From positions 62,487,098-62,538,178 of the forward strand of contig NC_068985.1 in NCBI RefSeq assembly GCF_001194135.2: DNA of 51,081 nucleotides. Reading direction: 5' to 3'. The notes under the pieces are model-generated. The model was not told the DNA's origin and ran no database searches. It saw nothing but the letters and a program-made list of their open reading frames with translations. The first letter of the stretch is position 1. Each line of letters begins with the position of its first letter. The position numbers and the translations under genes are program-made. Source of the stretch: Octopus bimaculoides (Eukaryota). Of this stretch, positions 25,867 through 38,473 are shown one piece after another.

Positions 25867-26728
25867 GTTCAGGGCTAAAAGCAAAAAGCAGAGAGTGAAG
25901 GTTTCATATTGGCTGCTCAAGACCAAAGCTTATTAACCCGGAACTACCAAGCCAATGTGATAAAAAATGGAGCTGACCCAAAATGCCAATTTTGTAACGA
26001 TGTGATTGAAACTATAGACCACCTAATCTCAGGATGTAGAGTGTTAGCACCTGTAGAATATGAAGCAAGACATGACAGAGTTGGCCAGTATTTACACTGG
26101 ACAATATGTCAGCATTATAAAATCAAAAGCACTGACAAATGGTATAAACACCATCCTGAAGCTGTGACTGAGGGAGAAAATGTATCGNNNNNNNNNNNNN
26201 NNNNNNNNNNNNNNNNNNNNNNNNNNNNNNNNNNNNNNNNNNNNNNNNNNNNNNNNNNNNNNNNNNNTAATAAACCGGATATCATCATAAAAGATCAGAC
26301 AAAGAAGACGTGTTTATTAATTGACATGAGTATTCCCTGTGATCATAATATAGCAGCGAAAGAATTTGACAAGATCAGTAAATATAAAGACTTGCTAATA
26401 GAAATTGAAAAAATGTGGCACCTCAAGGCGACTACCATACCAGTGATTGTAGGATCTCTAGGAATGATAAAAAAAGGTACTGAAATCTATTTGAAAATGA
26501 TACCAGGCTTACCATCTCTACAGGAGGTGCAAAAAATCGTGCTAACTGGAACGACTCATGTACTAAGAAGAGCATTATCGCTGTGAAAACAACATCTATA
26601 AATACATATTTTACCTATGAATTTGCGTGTGTAAATTGGGAATGCATACAACATTTCTCTGCCCTAGGTGTACGGAAAACACTCGGCGAGAAATGGGAAA
26701 AAATTTGAAGAAAGAAGAAAAAAAAAAC

Positions 26729-26780
<52 letters not shown>

Positions 26781-29700
26781 CGACGACGACGACAACAACA
26801 ACAATAATAATAATATACCTTCAGTGCTGATATCAGAATGGAGTTCGGACTGAGTAAATGTGGTGTGTTAATATTGAAGAGAGGCAAAATCAAATGTATG
26901 GACGGACTAACAATACTGTTGGAGAAGATTATGAAGCAGATAGAAGAGATGGGCTATAAATACTTGGGGATTTTGGAGTAAGGTGGAGGCAAATTGGAGG
27001 ACGGACCTGACAGCATATGGAAGAAGTTTAGGGATGGTGAAAATCAGGAAGGGAATCTTCCAAGGGGACTGCCTGTCCCCACTGATCTTTGTACTGTGCT
27101 CGATACCACTAAGAAAAGCAAAAGCTGGGTATGTATTCAAACGCCGCCAACAAAAAGTCAACCATTTGTTATTCATGGATGACCTGAAACTTTATGGTAA
27201 AGATGAAGCCCAAGTCAGTTCCCTCGTTGATACAGTGTATACTTTCAGTGCTGATATCAGAATGGAGTTCAGATTGAGAAAGTGTGGTGTGTTAGTCTTG
27301 AAGAGAGGAAAAATCAAATGTATGGACAGGCTAACAATACCGTCAGGGGAGGTTATGAAGCAGATAGAAGAGATGGGAGATAAGTACTTGGGGATTTTGG
27401 AAATGGATAAATTGATGGAGAAAGAAATGACAGAAAAATTTAAGGTGGAGTACTTGCGTAGACTGAAACTGATCCTTAAGTCGAAATTAAATGGATGAAA
27501 TAAGATTGAAGCTATCAACACCTGGGCGGTTTCACTCCTTAGATATGGAGCAGGAGTAATCGCATGGACAGTAGATGAACTAAACAGCTTAGACAGAAAG
27601 ACAAGGAAATTGCTAACTAGATATGGGACACTCCACCCAAAAAGTGACACAGACAGACTGTATGTACCAAGGAAATGAGGGGGAAGAGGACTTATTGGAT
27701 GCGAACACAGCATTAGAGCAGAAGAAAACAACATAGCATGGTATGTAAAAAATGCCACAGAACTGCTACTATTAGAAGTAGGAAGGTCAGGCTTGTATAG
27801 GATGAAACTGAAAATAGGTGGGTAAAGAAAAGAATGTATGGTCAATTTCATAGGGATGTTGGAAGATAAGACAGGCAGAGAAAAAAGATGGCTGTGGATG
27901 ACTAAAAGTGATTTAAAACCGGAAACGGAGGCTCGAATCTGTGCTGCCCAAGAACAAGCACTAAGAACAAACAACATAAAATACAGAATAGACAACACAT
28001 CAGAAAGTGATAAGTGCAGAATCTGTGGACAAAACGATTAAACCGTATGGCATATTACCAGCCAATGTACGCCACTAGCCCAGAAGGAATATAAGAGATG
28101 CCATGACAATATAGCCAGGCTTGTCCATTGGACAAATTGCAACAAGTGTGGATTTGACAAAGCAAAAAATTGATATGACCACAAACCTGAAGGCATTGTC
28201 GAAAATAGAAGTACAAACATCCTATGGGATTTTATGATTCAGTGCAACCATGAGATTGAGAATAAGAAGCTGGACATAGTCTTAACTGAGAAAGAAAACA
28301 AACTATGCTAGATCATAGACATAGCATGCCCAGCTGACAAGGTATGCGATAAGGAAGAAAGAAAAGTCGAGAGATATGCCAGGTTAGCTTGGGAAGTTAA
28401 GTAGTTGTGATCGAGGAAAAAGGTAGCAGTAGTACCAATAATTGTCGGAGCCCATTGGAACAATGAGCAAAAATCTCGAGAAGTATGTGGAAGAAATAGG
28501 GGCTGCAATAAGGGTGGAGCACTTGCAGAAAACAGTGCTGCTTGGAACCGCTTGAATACTCTGGAAGGTGCTCGAAAAATAAGAGGTGTTATCTTAGTTC
28601 ACTGGTAGTGAACAGCTGATACTGTAGTACATCTCCAGCGTTAGAAGCTGTGCAAAGGCAATAATAATAATAACAACAACAACAATAATAAATTATGTAA
28701 ATTGATTAATTACGCATACACTCGAATGTCTATACAATCATGTATACATATTAATACCCATAAGGCTACACTTACACTCCAATGTTTACACAACTACATG
28801 AAATTTACACAACAGACATACACACATAAAACAATTTTCTCTGAATTAACACAGGCAGAGTGAGCAATCCCTGAGTTTAAATGCCCAGAGATAAATCTGT
28901 CAACAAAAAAAATAAAGGCAAATACCATTTTGTTAGCCTTATGAAATTACATTACAAGAAACGTTTTCATTCATAGAACTCAGAGGTGGTGTTGTCTTAA
29001 AAAGTTAATGCTAAACAGACAGGTTCATCCCCTAATGTCAATGTTCAAGCTCTTCATATCTCAATGATAAAGCAAAATTCACAATGGACTGGCCATCACC
29101 CAGGTCAACAAGAATCGAGGAACCAGACTGGGGGTGAAAAATCAGCTACTGGTTCAAATCTTCTTGAAACAAAGGAACTGGGAGTACCCCACAACCAGAA
29201 CATTCCAACAGATAATCATCCATACTCATCATCAAATAATAAATAGAAAAGGAATGAAATATGGTACAGGAAGATAATAAAGAAGTTCTTAAGGCCTTCT
29301 ACTGTGCCATGTATTTCCAATACTGAACAAACCTACCTAAACTGTAAATCCAATACTGAACAAACCTACCTAAACTGTAAATCCAATACTGAACAAACCT
29401 ACCTAAATTGGAGAGAGAAGCACCTTGAAGTAAGATCTTATATAGATAGTAACAAACTTACCAACATGAGAAGAAACATTTTAAAAAAGAAATTACTAAC
29501 TGAATTAGAGATTGACCAGATTAAACAATCAATAAGGGATTAAAGGAACAAAGATGCAGCTAAGGAAGTTACTACTGAAGAAATAATTACAGACCAACCA
29601 AGGTCTGGTGAAAATGCAGTAATGATAGAAAGAGTCAATGTAACTGATAAGCAAAGTGAAATACTCTCTGAACCAGTCATAAGTATCAAGGAAGATGAAA

Positions 29701-32700
29701 TCAAATAGATGATGAAAGTCACATACAAATTTACCCAACTGAACTAGATGATCTAAAAATCAAATCATGCTTGAATGACTAAAAGTTAAAGAAGCCAGTA
29801 TGAATGAATGTGACACAATCCCCAAAATTTACAACTCTAACCAAAACCTGAAACTAATTGGTAAAATCCACTTTGCAACTAAAGATATAATTTCAGTTGA
29901 TGATGTTGATATTGCAGATCTCAACCACCTGTACTATGCATCTGCTAAGATCTCAACAATTCTATGTGGTGAAAAGATTAGAAAATGCTAATATTCTCAC
30001 AAAAAGCCTATTTTGCAAGAGTTGACATAGAATGTCTAAAAAACTTTAAGTCTGGACAATAAAAATCCAAAAATTAAAGAAAACATATATAAAATCCATA
30101 CTAAACATCGGTACCACTACAGAAACTATCAAGTAAAAGGTATCTGCTAAAGCCGCCCACATGACAAGGTATGAAAAGCACACTAGGTTTTTCAAGGACA
30201 ACAGCATGTTTAAAAATAACTCAAAACGTTTTTACATGAAGATAGGTAAAATATCAGTTACAGTAAAGTCTGTCTCATCAAAAGAAGTGCAGGAATTTTG
30301 GAATAAAATTTGGGCAGAAGAAAAACCACACAATAAAAAGGCCCCTTGGATTGATAGAATATCTACTGACTCAGCCTTCTTAGAAGAGCAAACGTGGGAA
30401 AGTATCAAGGTAGAGGATGTAATATCTGCTCTCAGGAAATCAAGCAAACAAAAGTCTCCAGGAAAGGATAAAATTCCTAACTTCTGGTTGAACACCCTCC
30501 AAGAGAGTCATGAACTGCTGCCAAAACTTTACAACAATGTTTTCCAGCAACCTAATATGATTCCCTCTTGGCTAGTTAATGGTTTTTACATTTCTACTTC
30601 CAAAAATGAAGAAACAAATGAACCACAAAATTTTAGACCCATAACCTGTTTAACAACAACATATAAAATATTAACATCTGTCTTGGCTGAAAACACCTGT
30701 AACTTCTCAGTAGAAAGTGACATCTTCCCTAATGAACAAAAAGGATGTAAACGTGGGTTCTATGGTTGTATAAATCAGCTACTCATCAATAAGATGATTT
30801 TGAAAGATTGTCACAAACAACACAAGAACTTATCAAAGGCCTGGATAGACTATAAAAAAGCCTTTGACAGTCTACCACATAGCTGGATTGAGAAATGTTT
30901 GGAAATTTATAAAATAGCACCTACTCTGTGAAACTTCTTATTTGTAAGTATGAGATCATGGAAAACAACACTAACTTTGAATAGCGACAATGAATCTCTC
31001 AATGCTGGGGATGTAAGAATTTCATGTGGCATTTTCCAGGGTGACTCTCTATCACCATTCCTCTTTTCTTTAGCCTTAATACCTCTTTCAAAATTACCCA
31101 ATAATGTAGAATATGGCTATAAAATCTTTGATCAAAATATAAATCATCTCTTCTACATGGATGATTTAAAATGATGACCAACAACTACATGGTTTACTGG
31201 CACTTGTAAAACAGTTCAGTGATGACATCAGGATGGAATTTGGCCAAGATAAATGTGCAAAAGCTAACTTTATCAGAGGGAAAAATGATAAAAACATCCA
31301 ATGTTAATCCTGAACAACAGAATGTTATAAAGGAGTTAGAACCAGCAGGGAGCTACAAATACCAAGGTGTATTTAAAGGTGATGGAATCAAACTCACTGA
31401 TGAAGGAAAAGATCAGTGGGGTAAGGGCAATACTCAAGACAGAGCTGAACGCAAGAAACAGGATCGAAGTAATCAATACTTTAGCCATACTAGTTGTGAC
31501 TTAAAGTTTCAGTATCATTAACTGATCAATTACTAAAATCTGTAATCTTGACAGAAAAATATGAAAATTGCTGACAATGCATAGAATGCACCACCCTAAG
31601 GCAGATATAGAACGACTCTACCCACCAAGAAAAGAGGGTGGCCATGAACTCACATAACTGGAATTGACAATGAAGATTGCCTCAGTTGGCCTAAACACTT
31701 ACCTGAAAAACCCTGATGATTGGGTGCTAAAACTTGTCTTAAAGCATGAAAACATACTTCAGTAACAAAAAAGGCAAAGAAATATCTAAGTTAATTCCAA
31801 ATAAACAAATCCCAGAGTTAGATGCACTGAAAACAAGCACAGAAAAAGCTAAGTATATGAAGACCCTTGCTAAAATTGCTGCTTTAGATATTCTTACTGA
31901 TAAATGGCAAGAAAGATCTCTCAATGGCAAATACCCAAAGAGAGCTAACAATGCTGATGTTGACAAAGCCCTTACTCATCAATGGTTAGTGTCTTCTGAC
32001 TTAAAATCAACAATCTTCTGGTTTAAAATCATAGCGGCCCAATATCAATGCCTGTGTACAAAGCTAACATCTTAAAGAATGGCAGTAGCTCAACATGTTG
32101 TGTATATAAACAACAAAATGAAACCATCAATCATGCTGTGTCCATGTGCAGCATTCTTGCACCTACAGAGTAACTCAGCAGGTATGATAGAGCAGCACAG
32201 CATATTCACTGGGTAATTTGCAAAGACTTGGACCTGCCCCATGATAAGAACTGGTGGGAACACAAACCACCTCCAGTGCTTAAAAATAATCACATCTTAC
32301 TCCTTTGGAACTTTACTGTTCAAACTGACACAATGATAGGCAAGACATTATATTGAAGGATTACAGACAAAAATCATGCCTCATTAATATGACTGTCCTA
32401 ATTGACCTAACCTTAACCCTAAATGTACTTGTCAAGATCTATCAAAACCTGGGCAAGTATAAAGATCTTGAAACAGAAATTGATAAAATGTGGAACCTCA
32501 AGACTAAAACAATACGGGGCTGATTTCTACCTTTCCCAGATACCAGGAAATCCAAATATGGAAGAAATTTTAAAAATAGTGCTCGTGGGAACTGCTCATA
32601 TCCTATGAAAATATTATCTATATAATCCCCAAAACATTTTAATTGCTAAACAATATCAAAATGCTTTTAAATGTACATAATAGCAAACACCTTTTACTGT

Positions 32701-35700
32701 CATCTTAACATCAGCCTATCATCTTATAACCAAATTACTTTTAAAACGAACTTCTAATTTTCTTATGTTTTCTTAGGTGGAGGAGTGGCTGTTTGGTAAG
32801 TAGCTTGCTTACCAGCCACATGGTTCTGATTTCAGTCCCACTGTGTGGCATCTTGGGGAAGTGTCTTCTACTATAGCCTCGGGTTGACCAAAGCCTTGTG
32901 AGTGGATTTGGTAGATGGAAACTGAAAGAAGCCCGTTGTAGATAGATAGATAGATAGATGTTTGTGTGTCTGTGTTTGTCCCCCCACCATCACTTGACAA
33001 CCAATGTTGGTGTGTTTACGTCTCCATAACTTAGTAGTTCAGCAAAAAGTGGCCAATAGAATAAGTACTAGGCTTACAAAGAATAAGTCCTGGGGTTAAT
33101 TTGTTCGACAAAAGGCAGTGCTCCACCATGGCTGCAGTCACTTGACTGAAACAAATAAAAGAATAAAAGAAATTCTCTGCAACAATACTTCTTGCAAAAC
33201 CAAAAATATGGCACCCTAGTCATAACACCAACTCAGACTTCTAACTTGTTGTCTCTTGAGGTTTTTGGATGAGACTTGGAGTCAACTTGTACAAATAGAA
33301 AGCAAAAACCAAACATATCATAATAATAATAATAATAATAATAATAATATACAGAAAATAGCACTACTCTTATGAATATATATGATGTACAGAAAATACC
33401 ACTACTAGGCACTGCACACATCCTTCGTAAAGCACTTTCAATACAGCGAAAAAGACAACTCCAAAATAAACCACAGTACATACCCAAAGCACATGGAGCT
33501 GCACTCAGTAGTGCAGTGAACACATGCAATAAAAATAAGATTACTGAATAACAATGATTGACTCTTCTGTCAAAGATGAGGAATAAGTGCTAAGCTTTTG
33601 CCAAACAACCTGCACAAAGGGTTTGTTTACAGTGATCAAATGTATGTGCTGTACATTAGTTCACTCCCTCCATCAAATCAACTTCACCTGAACAGGTGCA
33701 CGGCATACTACATATCAGGTGTTGAAGTGATTGCAAAACAATGAAGATGAAGTGTTTTGCTCAAGAACATGCCACACCATCCAGTCTTAATATTGAAACT
33801 ACAATCTCACAATTGTGAGTGCAATACCCTAACCAATAGACCATGCACCCTCAATAATAATAATAATAATGCCACAGCTAACATAGTAAGTAACAAGCAA
33901 AAACTGAAGATATAAAAGCAAATGAATGGAAAGAACCAAACTGGAAGAAGAGAACATGAATGAAACTGGAGTAAATTGAATAGGATAATGAGAAGGGAGC
34001 TCAAGAATAAGGCAGTAATCAAAAAATTGAATGGACAGTACAGGTTAGAAGAAAGGAGAAAACAAAAAGTACATGAAGAATTGACACAAAAAAGTGACAG
34101 CATTAAAGGACAAATTGAAAGGATGTGATGCTAGTAGCAAAGGTTTCAAACAGAATAGACTGTTCCAATCAAATATAAGGCATCTATTTGAAGAAAAAAA
34201 ATGAGACCAACACCAAGAACTAATTCCAGATGCAGAAGAAAGTAAAGAATTTGGGGGAAGGCTGTGGAACAGACTGGCAAGACAAAGAAAGTGCAGAGTA
34301 ACTAACAAAGGTGGAAAGGCAACTTGCAGCTGTACCAAGACAAAAGACATCAGAATTTATCTATATACAGTGAGACAGAAGTTTAAAAAAATAACAAATT
34401 GGAAAGGACCAGGCTCAGATGGAGTACAAAGTTATTGGCTGAAGAACTTCACACACTTGCATGAAAGGATTGCTCTGCAACTGGATGATTGCCTACAGCA
34501 TGGGCACATTCCTGCTTGGATGACAAGTGGATGAATGCTGCTATACCTCAAGGATACCTTGAAAAGGAACTTGGCATCAATTTTTCGCCTATAACCTGTT
34601 TAACCACTAATGTGGACGCTTATGACCGGTGTCTTGGTGGAAGAGTTATACAACCATCTGGAAAGTAGGGCAACAAAAGATCACTTATTAGTTGATAAAA
34701 TGATAATTAGAAATTGTAGATGCAGATTGACGGGGCTGAAATTAGTATGGCTAAATTACAAAAAAGCATATGACATGGTATCATACATTTGGATAACTTT
34801 ATCAATGAGTATGTTTGGAATAGCAAAAAGACATGGAGAAAATACTTAATGAAAGTATGAAACATTGGAATACTGAATTGATTGGAGGAAAACAAAAATC
34901 AGATATGGAACATGGTGATAGCTTATCTCTATTACTATTCGTATTTGCCATGATACTGCTCACTTTGATACTGTGAAAAGTTAAAATTGCTTACGATTTG
35001 GGAAAAGGAAATGGTCAGATAAATCATTTCCTTTCCATGGATGATATAAAGGTTTATGTGAAAACTAAGAAACAGCATAAAAGTCTTCTATGTACCATCT
35101 GCATTTCCTCAAATGACATAGGTATGGAATTTGGGATAGAAAAGTGTGTTATATTGAGAATGAAATGAAGAAGATTTGAAAGAGGCCAAGGAATTGAAAT
35201 GCCAAATGGGCAAACAATGAGAGTGGTTGAGAAAAGACAGTGGTATAAGTACTTGGGAATACTGGAAGCAGACGACATAAGAAATAAAAAAATGAAGAAA
35301 TGAAACAAAATACCAGTAGGGAGTACACAAGGAGAGTAAGAAAATTATTACTGTCAAAACTAAATTCCAAAAATTTCATTGAAGCAGTAAATTCAAGAGC
35401 AGTGCCCTGATTTAGATATGGAGTTGGAATTATAGACTGGACCAAAAACAATATAAAGAAACTTGACAGAAAAACTACTGAAAGCCGATGTCAACTGACT
35501 GTACTTGAGGAAGGACCAGGATGGAAGAGACTTAATAGCAGTAGAAGAATGTGTACAAATGGAAAGAAAAAGCCTAGTAGAGTATTTACAGAGCAGCACA
35601 GAAATACTACTAATGACAGTGAATAAAGAACAGGTGGTGAAGGGCATAATAGGAGAAAAGGACAAAAAGGAAATACAAAGAGAGCAAGTCAGACAGATCA

Positions 35701-38439
35701 AAGAGAAACCTTGGTATGGCCAATTTTGGGGAGTCACCAAAGACGTATGTGGAACAATATCCTGAGCTTGGTTAAAAAAGAGGCAATTAAAAAAAGAAAC
35801 AGGGAACCTAATTGTAGCAGCCCAAGATTAAGCATTAAAAACAAACAACTTGAGAAAAGAATGTATATGGAGAGAATGTGTCAGAAAAATGTAGAGCCTG
35901 TGGAACTTGGAACGAGACAGTGGCACACATTGGAACAGAATGCCCCTAGCTGGCACAGGAATAATATAAGAAATGGAGGTATGACCAGGTTGTAAAAGTT
36001 TTACACTGGAAACTGAGCCAGAAATGGGAATTTGAAGCTGGAAATACATGGTGCAATCATTGAGTTGAAAGAATACTGGAGTTAGAGAAATGTAAGATTT
36101 TGTGGGACTTTCCTATTCAAACAGACAAGAAGTTAGAAAGTAATTGACAATTATTGATAAGGAAAAGTGAAGTTACTTACTAATTGACCTATCATGCCCG
36201 TCTGATTCCAGGATTATAAAGAAGGAGGAAGAAAAACAAGATAAATGCAAACCATTAAAATCTGAAATAGGAAGAATTTGGTGCATGAGAACAGTAAAGG
36301 TCATACCTATAATAATTTGTGCATTGGGAACAGTAAGCAAAGATATAGACAAATGGCTGAAGGAGATTGAAATAAAATGCCTGAGATCGAAATAAAATGC
36401 CTGAGATTGAAATAAAATACCTGAGATTGAAATAAAATGCCTGAGATTGAAATAGAATGCCTACAGAAAGTTTGTCTCTTAGGGACAGCAAGCATTATCA
36501 GGAGGGTTCTAAGCACTAGAAAAACTGCTGAAAACTTGTGGATACCTAAGGTTACAGGTAGTAACCTGCAACCCACATAAATCCTACCAGAAATATGGCC
36601 GAACCTAAGCCAAACCAAAATGATAATATTTATAATATTGCGGTTATTGTTGTTATGCTAATTTAACCCCTTGGTAATTATGCACACTTTCTCATCTTTG
36701 ATACACCTCCTCTCAGTTTTAGTTCTATATTTAAGAGATAAGGAATTATGTACATTATTTACATAATTTACATTCGACGGATATTTGTCCTCATCTTGTT
36801 TGTTGTTAATACGTTTCGGCTGATATACCTTCCAGCCTTCTTCAGGTGTCTTGGAGAAATTTCAAACCTGGGTTCTCATTCCTAAGGTAATTTTCGACGT
36901 TATTATTATTATTATTATTGGAATCGAACTCGGAATCTTTGGGTTAGCAGCCCGTGCCTTAACCACCACGCCATATGCCCATGGGCAGTTTCGATATGAA
37001 TTTATTGTCCTAAATAAGTTATGCCAGGGTTATAAGGGATCTGTTGTTGGACAAGTGTCATAGTTTGTTTCTTGATCATAATTGTGTGATTTAGTCAAGT
37101 CATGAGTTTGGTTACAAAACATTTATGGTGGCCCGCTTTGACCCAAAATACAATATAAAACTTGCTATGTGTTACAAACCCAAAATGCATATGCATGTAT
37201 ACATGTGCATGCACACATGCATATATACTGAGCTACAGACATTCACATACAAAAGGATATCCAAAAGAAATTGGAATTTTGCGATATTATTTTATTCACC
37301 TAGTTTTACATGTTTACACCTCTAAGTACTCTCCATTCGAAGCAATGCATCAGTCCAGATGCATTTTCCACTGCTTGAAGCAGTCCTGGATCTCTTGCAA
37401 AGTGATGCCTTTTTAACGCCTCTGTCGTTTTTTTCTTTACTTCTTCCACATCTGCAAAACGTTTTCCTTTAAGGACTTTTTTTCATTCAGGAGAACAGAA
37501 AAAGTCACAGGGAGCAAGATCAGGCAAATAGGGAGGGTGGGTAATTGATGGCATGGCATTTTTGGCAAAAACTATCTCACACTCAAGGCAGTGTATGCAA
37601 CCACGTCATGATGAAACCACCACTGTCCACTTTATCACAGGTTGGGGCGTTTTCATCTCACCATATCTCACAAACACTTCTGAACTGCCAAGTAAAATGT
37701 CTGGTTAGAAGTTTGACTAGGAGGAACAAATTCTGCATGGACAATTCCTTTCACATTGATGAAACAAATCAGCATTGTCTTGACATTAGACTTCACTTGA
37801 TGCACGTTTTGGAGGCATAGTGACATTGAATGCTTCCATTGATTTGATTGCTACTTTGTTTTTCGGGTCGTCACCGTAGCAGCAGCTATCACCAGTCATG
37901 ACCTTCGGAAAAAGGTTTGGACCAACTTCCAACTGTTCTTTCAGTTCATGACACTCATTCAGCTTTGACTGCTTTGATCTTTTGTTTTGGCCATTGTTTT
38001 CCCCAGCAGAAAACAATTTCGCAGAAGCTCACTGTTCCTACATTTCGGCCATCTCAAAAATCGACGAACAGAGAAGAAACACTGCAAAACAAAGATGCAC
38101 CATATGGCAGTACAACTTCACTCAATGATGCCTGTTGGCAGACTGATGCTCGAGGTCAAGTGACTTCTAGCAGTGGGAGCCTGAACTACCATGGGCTTGT
38201 CCCAAAGAGAACATTTCTGATTACTTTTGGTTACCTCCTCGTACAAGCACACACACACACACACACATTTATACACATTGCTACTCACTTATGGACATTC
38301 ATACACACACATAAACACAAATACNNNNNNNNNNTTATACACATTGCTACTCACTTATGGACATTCATACACACACATAAACACAAATACATACACATTC
38401 TCATACTCACACATACACTCACATACATGCATACATACA

Positions 38440-38473
<34 letters not shown>

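Noticed and set aside
36363-36462. CRISPR-like regular repeat (also the 42-bp units at ~8780-8920)
   Set aside because: Head-to-tail repeats without unique spacers, no cas genes, eukaryotic TE context.
36920-36980. tRNA-Ser(GCT) gene
   Set aside because: No complete acceptor stem or long variable arm, and it runs into a repeat body; treated as a SINE head.
38270-38390. ~55-bp direct repeat around a 10-N gap
   Set aside because: Same assembly-overlap signature.
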